Source: Acidimicrobiia bacterium
GTDB taxonomy: Bacteria > Actinomycetota > Acidimicrobiia > Spongiisociales > ZC4RG35
Length of the DNA stretch: 64,000 nucleotides
Direction: 5' to 3'
Assembly: GCA_965215185.1 (NCBI GenBank)
Contig: OZ244034.1
Span: 2,048,001-2,112,000 of the forward strand
In this document: piece after piece, positions 39,053 through 49,714 of the stretch
How the letters are laid out: each line of letters opens with the position of its first letter
How positions within the stretch are numbered: the first letter of the stretch is position 1
Made by a program: the position numbers and the translations under genes
The notes under the pieces: generated by a model
What the model was told of the DNA's origin: nothing
The model's input: only the letters and a program-made list of their open reading frames with translations
Databases searched by the model: none

Positions 39053-41487
39053 CAGGCCCGCAACCTTTGACTACGGGGATCCCAGGCCGGCCCGGCCAAT
39101 ACCCGGGCCGGGCGGCGGGATCCCATCACCCGGATCTGGAACTGCGAGCCGGGTGCGCGATAGTCGGGGTGAACATAGGCGAAGAACAGACTCTTGCCCA
39201 CCGAATACCCGTAAGCGCCGGAAGTGGTGAGCCCCATCATCTTTCCTCCCCCGTAAACCGGTTCATTTCCCCGGCAGTCGGCATCGACGGCATCCATCTC
39301 ACCATATACACACACCCAGGCAAGCTCGGATTCCCGCCGGGCCAGGGACGCGGCTTTCCCTTGGAACTCCTTGTTGTAATCGATGAATCGCTCGATATCC
39401 GCCTCCACCGGTGTGATTTCGGTAGTCAACTCCAACCCGTGAGCCTTGTAGGCCTTTTCAATGCGCATCACGTTCATGGCGTAACTTCCGAAGTCGCTCA
39501 ACCCCAGCCCCTCGCCCGCTTTCTGTATGGCGGCGTACAGCCTGGTCATCTCCTCCAAGGGGTGGTGTAGCTCCCAGCCTAGCTCGCCCACATAGCTCAC
39601 CCTCAACGCCAGACAAGGCACTCCCGCCACATTGATCTCCTGTCCGGTGAGCCAGGGAAACCGCTTAGTGGTGAGGGCGGCGCCGGTGAGTTGTTCCAGA
39701 AGTTCCCTTGACCGAGGGCCTGTCACTGCCAGGATCCCCCGCTCGTTGGTGACATCGGTGACGGTCACCTGCTCGCCGGGCAGAACATGGTGGCGGAGCC
39801 AGTCCTGGTCATGCTGCTCGGCCATTATCGAAGAGTTAAGGTAGAAGCGGTCGTCAGCCAACCGGGTGATAGTCACCTCCCCCTCGATGCCTCCCAGAGT
39901 GGTCAGCAGGTGCGCCAACCGCACGCCACCCTGTCGCAGGGGAAGACGGTTGGCGGCCAGCCGATCCAGTAGAGCCCCCGCGTCGGGCCCGGTCACTTCC
40001 AGTTTGGTAAAGGCAGTGAGGTCGGCGACGCCCACCCGGTTGCGAACCCCCGCCACCTCTTCTCCAACAGGCCCGAACGCCGAGGACCGCCGGAAGGAAT
40101 ACTCCTCCGGAAGCCCGTCTGATGAGAAATACCGGGCCCGTTCCCAGCCGTAGATTTCCTGGAACTGGGCGCCCTTTCGGGCCAGCGTTTCATAGAGCGG
40201 AGTCCGTTTGACGGGCCTCCCCGCCTCTCGGTATTCGCCCGGCATGCGGACCTGATACATCTCGTGATATTCGTCAAGCGATTTTGCCAGGGTGAAATCT
40301 CCGGGTGCGTGGGGCCCGAAGCGCCGGGGGTCCATTTCGGCCACATTGATCTCGGTCTGGCCATGTACCATCCACTGCGCCAAGTACTTGCCGGCGCCCG
40401 GACCCTGAGTGACGCCGATGGAAGTCCCCACGCACATCCAATAGTTTTTCAAACCGGGGGCGGGACCCATCAGATAACCGGAGTCGGGAGTGTGGGTGAT
40501 CGGGCCGGACACCACCCGTTTGATGCCGGCCTCGCCAAAGGCGGGGATTCGACGAGCGGCCAGATCCAGCCAAGGAAGGAGCTTCTCCACATCGGGCGGA
40601 AGCAGATGGAAAGTGAGGTCCCAGTCGATTCCCTCCAGCCCGTAGGGCAAAGCGCCATCCGTCTCGTAGGGGCCGATCACCAGCCCGTCGTGCTCCTGGC
40701 GGTAGTAGCAGGAGGCCCGGGGATCGCGCACCACGGGGAGTTCGAAGTCCACAGCAGCCACCGCCGGGATCGCCTCGGTGACAATGTATTGGTGAATCAC
40801 CGAGACAATCGGCGTCTCCAACCCGACCATGGCAGCCAGCTGCGGCCCAAAGTGACCGGCGGCGTTCACCACATGTTCGGAGACGATGCGTCCTTGCTCG
40901 GTGATGGTCTCCCAGCGCCCGTCCGGCATCCGGTTCATGCCGAGCACCCGATTGCGCCGTACTATCTCGGCGCCCAGTTGGCGGGCGCCAGCAGCCATGG
41001 CGTTAGTGGCCGAGGATGGATCCGTCCACCCGTCGTGAGGGGTGTGGAGCCCCAGCACCACCCCTTCGGTGTCCAAGAGTGGATGCAACCCGAGGATCTC
41101 GGTGGGGCTCACCAAGTGCGATTCGACCCCCACTAATTCCAGGACTCCTTGTACATAGTGGAACCAGTCGGCTTCGTTGGAGTTGGTGGCCAGGCGCACC
41201 GCGCCGCAGCCGTGCCAGCCGGTGTGCAGACCGGTCTCTTCTTCAAGCCGGCGGTAAAGATCGGTACCGTGAGCGTGAACCTTGGCCATGTTGAGGCTGC
41301 CTATGAAGTGCGGTACCAGGCCAGCGGCATGCCATGTGGAGCCCGATCCCAGTTCGTCCTTTTCCACCAGCACCGTGTCTGTCCATCCCTCGTGCGCCAA
41401 GTGATACAGCAACCCGACCCCCATCGCTCCTCCACCCACGATTACACAGCGCGCCTCTTCTCTCATGCCGCGGCCTCCATGATCCAC
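39052..41487 (-). CDS. Dimethylglycine dehydrogenase-like GcvT-family flavoprotein
   Basis: GGG..G..LLYHL, SGSTWHAAG, GPITHTPD, YLAQWMVHG, GWER..YF, SYVGELGWELH. Start may be ATG 41466. Confidence 0.92.
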   Translation of the reverse strand: MDHGGRGMREEARCVIVGGGAMGVGLLYHLAHEGWTDTVLVEKDELGSGSTWHAAGLVPHFIGSLNMAKVHAHGTDLYRRLEEETGLHTGWHGCGAVRLATNSNEADWFHYVQGVLELVGVESHLVSPTEILGLHPLLDTEGVVLGLHTPHDGWTDPSSATNAMAAGARQLGAEIVRRNRVLGMNRMPDGRWETITEQGRIVSEHVVNAAGHFGPQLAAMVGLETPIVSVIHQYIVTEAIPAVAAVDFELPVVRDPRASCYYRQEHDGLVIGPYETDGALPYGLEGIDWDLTFHLLPPDVEKLLPWLDLAARRIPAFGEAGIKRVVSGPITHTPDSGYLMGPAPGLKNYWMCVGTSIGVTQGPGAGKYLAQWMVHGQTEINVAEMDPRRFGPHAPGDFTLAKSLDEYHEMYQVRMPGEYREAGRPVKRTPLYETLARKGAQFQEIYGWERARYFSSDGLPEEYSFRRSSAFGPVGEEVAGVRNRVGVADLTAFTKLEVTGPDAGALLDRLAANRLPLRQGGVRLAHLLTTLGGIEGEVTITRLADDRFYLNSSIMAEQHDQDWLRHHVLPGEQVTVTDVTNERGILAVTGPRSRELLEQLTGAALTTKRFPWLTGQEINVAGVPCLALRVSYVGELGWELHHPLEEMTRLYAAIQKAGEGLGLSDFGSYAMNVMRIEKAYKAHGLELTTEITPVEADIERFIDYNKEFQGKAASLARRESELAWVCVYGEMDAVDADCRGNEPVYGGGKMMGLTTSGAYGYSVGKSLFFAYVHPDYRAPGSQFQIRVMGSRRPARVLAGPAWDPRSQRLRA

Positions 41488-41595
41488 GCGGTGCCAACAG
41501 AAACGACATTATATCTGTTTTTTTCTCCCAGGTAGTTCCAAACACTGGAATATTCCAACTAATGATATGATGGCCCTATCTCAGATCTCGGAGGC

Positions 41596-42378
41596 TTGGA
41601 TATGAAAACAAACCTTGCCACTTGGGCGGGGGGAAGCGGCGAGTACGCCGCCGAACCCTCTTTCGACAGTATGGAAGAACTCCGCCTTCACCGCCAACGG
41701 CAAACCGCTTTATCGTATCGTCTGTTCGGAGCCTTTGGTTGGGGCTCATTGGGGGACGGTCACATCACCGCTCGGGATCCCGAGCGAACCGATTGTTTTT
41801 GGTTGCTCCGATACGGGGTGTCATTCCGACAAGCCAAAGTCAAGGACTTGGTGTTGGTAGGACCGGGCGGCGAGATAGTAGAGGGTGAAGGTCCCATCAA
41901 CATGACCGCCTACTACATTCATGGACCGATCCACGAGGCCCGCCCCGAGTCGGTCTCCGTGGCCCACACCCATACACCCTACGCCACACCCTGGGTGGCA
42001 AATGTGCGTCCGTTTCGGATGATCTGCCAGGAAGCCACCGCCTTCTTCAGATCACAAGCGATCTTCGAGGGGGAGGAGGTGCAGGTGATGGACGCCGATA
42101 CCGGAAAACACATCGCCACCGCCCTGGAGGAAGCCAAGCTGGTGTTCCTGCGCAACCATGGACCCGTGACCGTGGGACGGTCGGTAGAAGAGACCATCGG
42201 CTGGTTTCTCCTGGCCGAAAGAGTGGCCGAGGTCCATATCAAGGCGCCTGATGCTCGGGAGATCTCCGACGAGGCCGCCTTTGTCGCCGCCACCGAGATC
42301 GGCCATCCCAGCAACGCTCTGGCCGCCTACGAGTACGCAATCATGTCCTATATACCCGACCCCGCGGTGGTGGACTGA
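41596..42378 (+). CDS. Class II aldolase/adducin family protein
   Basis: GHITARDP, IH..IH.ARP, AHTHT, LRNHG..TVG. Confidence 0.9.
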   Translation: MDMKTNLATWAGGSGEYAAEPSFDSMEELRLHRQRQTALSYRLFGAFGWGSLGDGHITARDPERTDCFWLLRYGVSFRQAKVKDLVLVGPGGEIVEGEGPINMTAYYIHGPIHEARPESVSVAHTHTPYATPWVANVRPFRMICQEATAFFRSQAIFEGEEVQVMDADTGKHIATALEEAKLVFLRNHGPVTVGRSVEETIGWFLLAERVAEVHIKAPDAREISDEAAFVAATEIGHPSNALAAYEYAIMSYIPDPAVVD

Positions 42379-42578
42379 TCATCCAACCTGCGGCAAGCGC
42401 GACCGACAGGTAGCGCTTGCTTGTTCATCGTGGTTGACATGACCCACCGCACTGAGGCGCAGGTTGGTCATCCCTTCGCGAGTGCTGGATCCAGCTTTCT
42501 CAATTGATCTTGGTCAGGACTTGATGCCCAACTCGCCTGTTGGTACAACGAGCGAACGTCGAGAGGAAAAGATCCCCT

Positions 42579-43115
42579 TTAGGTGTTGACCTGTTCGTAG
42601 CTGGGGCCGCCGGTGCCTTCTACCCAGTAGCGCCGGGCCCAGGCCACACCTTGCCAAGTACGCACCTTGTCGGGGACCACCTTGATCAGCCAGCGGGGCT
42701 GGTTCAGGGTGGGCACCAGGTAACTGGGGCCGTTGGGACCCAGATAGCGCAAAGACATCTCCTCGGCAACTGCCACCCACTGGCCGCCGATGTTGGGCTC
42801 TTCCACAACCTCAGCCCGGCCCTCCACAAACACCTTGGGGATCTCCGCCGACCTGCCCGAATCGTCCGGAGGGCTGTGCGCCGCATCGATTACCACGCAA
42901 ACCCGGGGATCATTGACCACAAAGTCACACCACCGCGCTCTCTGCCGACCCACGAAGTAGAGAGCTTCGCCATCCCACTGGTACCACAGCGGGATAACAT
43001 ACGGGGCTCCGTCCGGCTTGAGGCAGGCGAAACGCGCCAATGCGTTGGTAGCCAAAAAGGCCTCAACCTCCTTGCTGCTTAGCGCACCGATTTTGCCGCG
43101 GAAGTCCTCGGACAT
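42579..43115 (-). CDS. Pyridoxamine 5'-phosphate oxidase-like (F420/FMN split-barrel) protein
   Basis: DG.PYVIP.WY.WDG, DPRV...ID, V..EGRAE; RBS AAGGAG. Confidence 0.82.
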   Translation of the reverse strand: MSEDFRGKIGALSSKEVEAFLATNALARFACLKPDGAPYVIPLWYQWDGEALYFVGRQRARWCDFVVNDPRVCVVIDAAHSPPDDSGRSAEIPKVFVEGRAEVVEEPNIGGQWVAVAEEMSLRYLGPNGPSYLVPTLNQPRWLIKVVPDKVRTWQGVAWARRYWVEGTGGPSYEQVNT

Positions 43116-43241
43116 TGTTCTTCTCCTTGCATCTCGACGACTTGGGTTATCACGATAATAAAGACGCTCGATGAAGACCGCATTCTGAGACGATAAGCTA
43201 TCTGGTTGGAAGACAGCCCCACCCGGCACCTACGGAGAGCC

Positions 43242-44291
43242 ATGAATCTGACGGACGCCACAACCCTGACCATTGACTCTGACATCGCCGTCTCCGTACG
43301 CAACCTGGTGAAGACTTTTGAAGTGGGAGGGGGCATTTTCAGCAGCCGACCGCGAGGGGTGGTCTCGGCCGTATCGGGAATCTCCTTCGATATTCCGCGG
43401 GGAACCACCCTGGGTCTGGTTGGCGAATCGGGTTGTGGCAAGTCCACCGCCGCCCGGTGCATATTGCGGCTCATCGAACCCACATCCGGAAATGTGCTTC
43501 TGCGGCGGGAAATCGATGGTGATGACGGGTCGGAGGTTATCGACATCACCGCCGCCGACCGCAACACGCTGCGTCGCCTGCGTCGGGAAATGCAGATAGT
43601 CTTCCAGGACCCTTACGCCTCCCTGAATCCCCGGATGCGCATCGGGGAAGCCATCGGCGAGCAGTTGGCAGTACACACCGACATGAATCGCGAACAGCAG
43701 CGGCAGCGGGTGGGGGAACTGTTGGAAATGGTGGGACTCAACCCTCGTTATGCCCGTCGATTTCCCCATGAGTTCTCAGGGGGTCAGCGGCAGCGGGTGG
43801 GCGTGGCCAGGGCCCTTTCCCTTCATCCCAGCTTCGTGGTCTGCGACGAACCGGTCTCCGCCCTTGATGTCTCCATCCAGGCCCAGGTGCTCAACCTTTT
43901 GCGGGACTTGCAGGACGACTTGGGTTTGACCTATCTGTTCATCGCCCATGATCTGGCAGTAGTCCGCCACATCTCCGAACGGATTGCAGTGATGTATCTG
44001 GGCAAAGTGGTCGAATTGGCCGATTCCGAACAACTATTCACACAGCCACTTCATCATTACACCAACGCCCTCCTATCGGCTGCTCCACTCCCTGATCCTG
44101 TTTCGGAGAGACAACGCACCCGAATCCTTTTGGAGGGTGAGGTTCCCTCCCCGATCAACCCACCCACGGGATGTCGTTTTCATCCCCGATGCGCGGTGGG
44201 CCGATCCCAGGACATCTGTCGCACCAAGGAACCTATGTTGGAGGAAAAACTTCCGGGACACCTGACCGCCTGCCACTTCCCGTTGGCATGA
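43242..44291 (+). CDS. Oligopeptide/dipeptide ABC transporter ATP-binding protein (OppF/DppF-like)
   Basis: [43 protein letters not shown]...C...CH. Confidence 0.93.
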   Translation: MNLTDATTLTIDSDIAVSVRNLVKTFEVGGGIFSSRPRGVVSAVSGISFDIPRGTTLGLVGESGCGKSTAARCILRLIEPTSGNVLLRREIDGDDGSEVIDITAADRNTLRRLRREMQIVFQDPYASLNPRMRIGEAIGEQLAVHTDMNREQQRQRVGELLEMVGLNPRYARRFPHEFSGGQRQRVGVARALSLHPSFVVCDEPVSALDVSIQAQVLNLLRDLQDDLGLTYLFIAHDLAVVRHISERIAVMYLGKVVELADSEQLFTQPLHHYTNALLSAAPLPDPVSERQRTRILLEGEVPSPINPPTGCRFHPRCAVGRSQDICRTKEPMLEEKLPGHLTACHFPLA

Positions 44292-45439
44292 TGCCCAATC
44301 CTTCCCGCACAATACGATCCATGCCGCGATCGGGTATCCGGGAGATCAACGATCTCTCCTCCCAGTTTCCCGATGCCATCCACTTGGAGATCGGCCAACC
44401 CAATTTCGCCACTCCCACGCACATCAGCCAGGCAGCCGGCGAGGCGGCGGTGAACGGATTCACCAGCTACACCCCCAACGCGGGAATCCCTGAACTTCGC
44501 GAAGAGTTGGCCAACAAACTGAATCGATTTAACGGGATACCAGCCGGTCCCGAGAACGTGGTTGTCACCACTGGCGGCAGCGGGGCGCTCTTCACTTCGC
44601 TTTTGACCCTGTGCGACCCCGGAGATGCGATCCTGCTTTCGGATCCGACCTGGCCCAACTACGGAATGATGGCTGCCCTCCAAGGTCTGCAGGTCCGGCA
44701 CTACACGCTGCGACCCGAAGAAGGCTGGCTTCCCAACCCCGATGAGATCGAGAGACAAATCACCCCCAACTGCCGAGTCTTGCTGCTGGTCTCCCCCTCC
44801 AATCCCACCGGAACCATGATCGGCGAAGACTTGATGCGCGAACTGTTGGATGTCGCCCGTCGCCACGACCTGTGGGTGCTCTCCGACGAAGTGTATGACG
44901 CTATCACCTTCGGCCAGCCCGCCTATTCGGCTTACCATGTCGACCCCGAGCGAGTGATCTCGGTTTTCAGTTTCTCCAAGACCTACGCCATGACCGGTTG
45001 GAGGGTGGGATACACCCTCTCTCGGCCTGACGTTGCCATGCAACTCAGCAAGTGCCAGGAGCCGGTGACTTCCTGTGTCAACAGTCCCGCCCAGATAGGG
45101 GCGTTGACCGCCCTGCGGGGACCCCAGGACGAGGTCTGGAGAATGAGAGACGCCTATTGGAAACGGCGGGACAAGGTTATTGACCTGCTTTCGGCAGCGG
45201 ACTTAGCCTATGCCCGGCCCGAGGGCGCCTTCTATATGTGGATCGACATCTCCCAAAGCCGGATGTCCGACAGTGAGTTCGCCCGCCGGATGGTCACCGA
45301 TTACCGGGTAGCACTAGTGCCCGGCACTGTGTTTGGACCAAATGGGGGCAGCCATGTAAGAATCTCCCTGGCCACTGACACAGAACTCCTCCTCGAAGGG
45401 GTGGCCAGATTGATCAATGCGGTGCGGTCCGGCAGCTGA
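44288..45439 (+). CDS. PLP-dependent class I/II aminotransferase
   Basis: [36 protein letters not shown]; ATGA overlap. Confidence 0.92.
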   Translation: MMPNPSRTIRSMPRSGIREINDLSSQFPDAIHLEIGQPNFATPTHISQAAGEAAVNGFTSYTPNAGIPELREELANKLNRFNGIPAGPENVVVTTGGSGALFTSLLTLCDPGDAILLSDPTWPNYGMMAALQGLQVRHYTLRPEEGWLPNPDEIERQITPNCRVLLLVSPSNPTGTMIGEDLMRELLDVARRHDLWVLSDEVYDAITFGQPAYSAYHVDPERVISVFSFSKTYAMTGWRVGYTLSRPDVAMQLSKCQEPVTSCVNSPAQIGALTALRGPQDEVWRMRDAYWKRRDKVIDLLSAADLAYARPEGAFYMWIDISQSRMSDSEFARRMVTDYRVALVPGTVFGPNGGSHVRISLATDTELLLEGVARLINAVRSGS

Positions 45440-45629
45440 CCACCCCGACCAACCACACCGTCGGGCGGAAGTACACCTCAACTCTCCCCGCGCCCTATCA
45501 GTTTGAGAATGTTTGGACTATTCCACTTTGAGTTGGTTTTACTTCACCCCCATAGGCGACGTTGACCGTTGTCAAACAAGCGGGCGGGCAATCAAAGCAA
45601 ACACAGTGGAGATGGCCAAGCGGGCTGTT

Positions 45630-45735
45630 TTGCGCCAGGACCTACGTCATGACCGGCTGGAGGATGGGCTACGTGGTCTCTTGCCCCGATGTCGCCAAAC
45701 AACTCAGCAAGTCCCAGGAACCCACCACCTTGCTG
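45630..45735 (+). pseudogene. Diverged fragment of an aminotransferase paralog
   Basis: RTYVMTGWRMGYVVSCPDVAKQLSKSQEP versus [29 protein letters not shown] in the adjacent gene (about 44978-45065). Confidence 0.8.
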
Positions 45736-45762
45736 GTTTTACTGCCGGCGATGACTCACCCG

Positions 45763-46506
45763 CTATGAACCCAGGGTTCCATTGAACCCATAGGGCATCT
45801 CCAAGCGATGGCGGCCCAACAGTTGGGCATCAGCGAGCATGTGGGCCGTCTCTCCGTCCGCCACTATGCGGCCATGGTCCATGATCACCGAGCGCTCACA
45901 CAACTCCAATGCCAGAGGCAGGTCATGGGTGATCAGCAGCAGTGTCACTGGCAACCTTTGGAGCGTGGAGATCAACTCCCGGCGGCTGGCGGGGTCGAGC
46001 CCCGTTCCCGGTTCGTCCAGCACCAGCAAGTCCGGACGCATGGCCAGGACGGTGGCGATCGCCACGCGTCGCCGCTCTCCGCTGCTGAGGTGATGAGGCG
46101 CTCGCTCCCTGGTGTACGAAGCGTTCACCGCCGCTAAAGCCTCCTTCACCCTCTCTTCCAAATCGGGACCGCGCAATCCCAGATTGGCCGGCCCGAAGGC
46201 GACGTCATCGGCGACCGTGGGCATGAACAATTGATCGTTGGAGTCTTGGAACACCATCCCCACCCTTCGGCGTATTTCGGGTAGAGTCGATTCCTCCACT
46301 GGCATTCCACCGACCCAAACGGTTCCCTCCGGCGGTTGGTGAATGCCGTTCAGGTGAAGGGCTAAAGTGGTCTTTCCGGCTCCGTTGGCTCCGAGCAGTG
46401 CCAAGCGCTGGCGTTTGTCAACCACCAGATCGACTCCTTGCAACGCCTCACGACCGTCCGGATATGTGAAGCGGAGGCCGTCTACCTTCAACGCTGTTCG
46501 TCTCAT
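45763..46506 (-). CDS. cbiO: ECF Co/Ni transporter ATPase
   Basis: GANGAGKTT, VFQD..DQLFMPTV..DVAFGP.N, LSSGERRR, LDEP. Confidence 0.9.
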   Translation of the reverse strand: MRRTALKVDGLRFTYPDGREALQGVDLVVDKRQRLALLGANGAGKTTLALHLNGIHQPPEGTVWVGGMPVEESTLPEIRRRVGMVFQDSNDQLFMPTVADDVAFGPANLGLRGPDLEERVKEALAAVNASYTRERAPHHLSSGERRRVAIATVLAMRPDLLVLDEPGTGLDPASRRELISTLQRLPVTLLLITHDLPLALELCERSVIMDHGRIVADGETAHMLADAQLLGRHRLEMPYGFNGTLGS

Positions 46507-47267
46507 GGCGCCGACAGAGCAATAGCCACTATCAACACCCCCACCAGCGGAAGTACACCCGCTTTCATCCATTCAACACTGGTCGCCGGAGCGCCACCCA
46601 CATCTGGCATGACTCCGGTGTATCCCCGCGCCAACATCGCGGCATGCACCCTTTCCGCTCGCTCATAAGATCGGATGAACATCGAACCGGCTGCCGAAGC
46701 GATGGGTCGCGCCTGCCAAAGCCAGCGGGGACGATAGCCGCGGGCGGTCATGGCGGTCCGCATCCGTCCCAGATCTTTGACGATCAATTCCATATAACGG
46801 ACCATGAAAGAGGTGATGGAAATGAAAATGGTCGGCACCCGGAGTCGCGCCATTCCTTTGAGCAGTTCCGGGACCTCAGTGGTGGCGGCGAGAAGCACGC
46901 TGACCGTAGCCCCGAGTAAGGCTTTGGCCATGATGCTCCACATTGCCCTCACACCCTCCGCCGACACACTCACCCCCAACACATCAACGCGTTCGCCCGT
47001 GGCCACAAACGGCATCAAAACGGCAAAGGCCATGAAAGGCAACAACACTGTCAGACGAACAAGCAGGAGACGGACCGGGATGCTGGCGATGAGCAGGACC
47101 GCCAACAGCGCCACAGCGTAGGCCAAGAACGCCCAAACCGACCGCCGGGGAGTGAGAGCCACACAAGAGACGAAGACAAACGCGGCGGCTACCTTGGTCT
47201 CCGGCGCCAAGCGATGCACCGGGCTGTGTCCATGCACATAAAGAGCATGATGCTGACCGGCGCCCAT
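46503..47267 (-). CDS. cbiQ: ECF Co/Ni transporter T component
   Basis: SPVHRL.P..K, LAATT...LL.G..RL..P, RY, AM.ARG twice, RSYERAERV. Confidence 0.9.
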   Translation of the reverse strand: MGAGQHHALYVHGHSPVHRLAPETKVAAAFVFVSCVALTPRRSVWAFLAYAVALLAVLLIASIPVRLLLVRLTVLLPFMAFAVLMPFVATGERVDVLGVSVSAEGVRAMWSIMAKALLGATVSVLLAATTEVPELLKGMARLRVPTIFISITSFMVRYMELIVKDLGRMRTAMTARGYRPRWLWQARPIASAAGSMFIRSYERAERVHAAMLARGYTGVMPDVGGAPATSVEWMKAGVLPLVGVLIVAIALSAP

Positions 47268-47269
47268 AA

Positions 47270-48253
47270 CTAGGGAACCGCCTTGGCTCGCCTGCCACGG
47301 CGAAGCGCGGCGAACAGACCGAAACCGACCGCCAAGGTAACGAGTACTCCCGCCACACCGGCTATCGCCAGGCTGAGTGTCTCGTTACCCACGCCCACCA
47401 TCGCGTATTCGGCGAACACCCCCCTTCCCAGGAGATGATCCTGTGCCTGATCGACCAGTCCGGTGTCCAGAGCCACCCGCTCCAATCCGTCAGGCCCATC
47501 GACAGCAAACTGACTCACGGCCGCCGCGACAAACAGAGCCACCACCATACCGGCGAGGACAAAGGTCCGCTTCAGTACCGGAGACCGACCTGACAGGGAC
47601 GCGGCAGACAAGTCTCTGGCGCCGTAAACCAGATCCGGCCTGGCGGCCAGGACCGCGCTTATCATGAGAGCGCTTATAACGCCTTCTCCAATCCCTATCA
47701 CAGAATGCACCCCCACCATGGCGCCGAACAGGGTGTCGAAGGGGATCGGAGCGGTGGCGCCGAACAACCACTCGAGGGAAAAGGCAGCGGAAGCGAAAAC
47801 CACCGAGATAAGACCGGCCAAACCGGTGGCAGCGACCACTCCTGGGCGGTTAGCGGGAAAGAACCTGCGAAACAGTATGAATACCGCGTAGCCTCCGAAT
47901 GCGGGCACGATCGCCATATTGAGGATGTTGTAGCCAAGGGCGGTCAGTCCCCCGTCGGCGAAGATCAGAGCCTGGACCACCACCACTACCGTCACCACCA
48001 CCGATCCGACGGCCGGGCCCAACAGCACTGCCGCAACCGCCCCTCCCAACAGATGCCCGGTTGTACCCGCCCCCACCGGGAAGTTGAACATCTGAGCAGC
48101 GAAGATAAAGGCCGCAATGACCCCTGCCAGTGGCGCCTGGCTCTCCCTTAGCTTCCCACCGATGTGCCGCAAGGTCGCCGCTATGGCGCCTGCGCTGACA
48201 ACACCGGTGGCCAACGCTGTGCCAAGGTTGAGAAAACCGTCTGGAGCGTGCAT
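47270..48253 (-). CDS. cbiM: ECF Co/Ni transporter S component CbiM/NikM fused to PDGLE domain
   Basis: N-terminal MHAPDGF, FIFAAQM.NFP...GT.GHLLG, QAL.FADGG.TALG.N, PDGLE motif. Confidence 0.9.
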   Translation of the reverse strand: MHAPDGFLNLGTALATGVVSAGAIAATLRHIGGKLRESQAPLAGVIAAFIFAAQMFNFPVGAGTTGHLLGGAVAAVLLGPAVGSVVVTVVVVVQALIFADGGLTALGYNILNMAIVPAFGGYAVFILFRRFFPANRPGVVAATGLAGLISVVFASAAFSLEWLFGATAPIPFDTLFGAMVGVHSVIGIGEGVISALMISAVLAARPDLVYGARDLSAASLSGRSPVLKRTFVLAGMVVALFVAAAVSQFAVDGPDGLERVALDTGLVDQAQDHLLGRGVFAEYAMVGVGNETLSLAIAGVAGVLVTLAVGFGLFAALRRGRRAKAVP

Positions 48254-48344
48254 CATACCTCCATCTTTAGTGTCAATACCCCACAACAATGCGACGCTAT
48301 CGCAATATTTACGAGGTTCTTTTCATTTATCAAATATTCTGGCA

Positions 48345-48769
48345 GGATCCAGGATTTTGAGTTGGACAGTTTCTTGCGGGCTCAGGGCTATCGACTTACC
48401 AGCCAGCGGCGCCCGGTACGGAGGGCATTAGCAGTGGCGGAGCCACCTTACAGCCACAGGAGTCACCGAACACTCCCAGCAGCAAGACCCCACTATTGAC
48501 CGAGCCTCGGTCTAGCGAACTCTGGCTCTCTTCGCCGAACTGGGCTTGGCCCGTGAGTCCAATCTCGGCCGAGGGGACGCGGCCTCTTGGGAACTGGCCC
48601 ATCCCGACGACCAATCCCACCTGACCTGCGACTCATGTGGAGAGGTGAGGCGCCACACTTGCGACCTGGCGCAAAAGGCACGTGCCCACCTTTGCAACGA
48701 TCATGGATTGTCGGCGACCCGATCGACCTGCACGTATTTGGAGTGTGCGGCCGCTGTTCAAAGCAGTAA
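48345..48769 (+). pseudogene. Fur-family metalloregulator pseudogene (Nur/Zur-like)
   Basis: LRAQGYRLTSQR, frameshift, HLTA...IDRASV*RTLALFAELGL (TAG at 48513-48515 replacing Tyr of SVYRTL), HLTCDSCG, frameshift, VFGVCGRC. Confidence 0.85.
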
Positions 48770-48907
48770 TTGCCGACGCCAGCGTCCGGCAGTTCAGTGA
48801 GGTTGGGTTACCTTCTTGCCAGCTCGCATAGATCCTGAAATCCTCGGGAACTGTCGCAGGCGCCAGGTGGGGAAATGCCCTAACAACAAAACATCTAAAG
48901 ACTCTTG

Positions 48908-49714
48908 TTAGGCTCGCTTCACCGCTCTTTGGTAACGACGCGTCGCCAGTGGCGCGAAGATCGCGATGATCAGCAGCGCCCACAGCAAGGTATAGACCAC
49001 CGGATGCTGAAGCGGCAACGCAGTGGGCTCGGGGGCTCCCAAGGGAATGTTCCCGAACAGTTCCCGCACGGCCTGGGTCAAAGCTGAGATAGGATTCCAC
49101 TCGGCAAATGCCCGCAGAACGGTGGGAAGGTTCTCCACCGGGACGAAGGTATTGGCGATGAAGGTGAGTGGAAAGATAACCATGAAACTGGCATTGTTGA
49201 TGACCTCGACACTTGGCACGAGCAGTCCGATATATCCCATGACCCATGAGAAGGCATAGGCGAAGGCCAGAAGCAATCCGAATCCAGCCAGGCCGCTCCA
49301 GAAACCATTGTGAATCCGCCAACCCACTAACAGGCCGGTGAGCCCCATAATCATGAGAGTCAGCACGTTGTAGACCACATCGCTGGCGGTGCGGCCCACC
49401 AGCACCGCGGCCTGGGACATGGGAAGTGAACGAAAGCGGTCGATGATCCCTTTCTGCATATCCTCCGCCAACCCGGCGCCGGTGAAGGTAGCGCCGAACA
49501 CGACCGTCTGAGCGAAGATGCCAGCGATCAGAAACTCCCGGTAGGAACCGCCCGGTATGTTGATGGAGCCGCCGAACACATAGGCGAATAGCAACACGAA
49601 CATGATCGGCGATATCAGAACGAACACCATCACCTCCGGCACCCGTTTGATCTTGATGATGTTGCGTTTGGCAATGACCGCCGAGTCGGCAAACAGATAG
49701 AAAACGCCTCTCAT
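48908..49714 (-). CDS. ABC-2 type (DrrB-like) exporter permease
   Basis: P.MF.LLF.YVFGG, G..DRFRSLPM, PL.F..N.FVP, WNP. Confidence 0.9.
   Translation of the reverse strand: MRGVFYLFADSAVIAKRNIIKIKRVPEVMVFVLISPIMFVLLFAYVFGGSINIPGGSYREFLIAGIFAQTVVFGATFTGAGLAEDMQKGIIDRFRSLPMSQAAVLVGRTASDVVYNVLTLMIMGLTGLLVGWRIHNGFWSGLAGFGLLLAFAYAFSWVMGYIGLLVPSVEVINNASFMVIFPLTFIANTFVPVENLPTVLRAFAEWNPISALTQAVRELFGNIPLGAPEPTALPLQHPVVYTLLWALLIIAIFAPLATRRYQRAVKRA

Noticed and set aside
48513-48515. Amber readthrough in the Fur-like gene
   Set aside because: Two additional frameshifts indicate ordinary decay.
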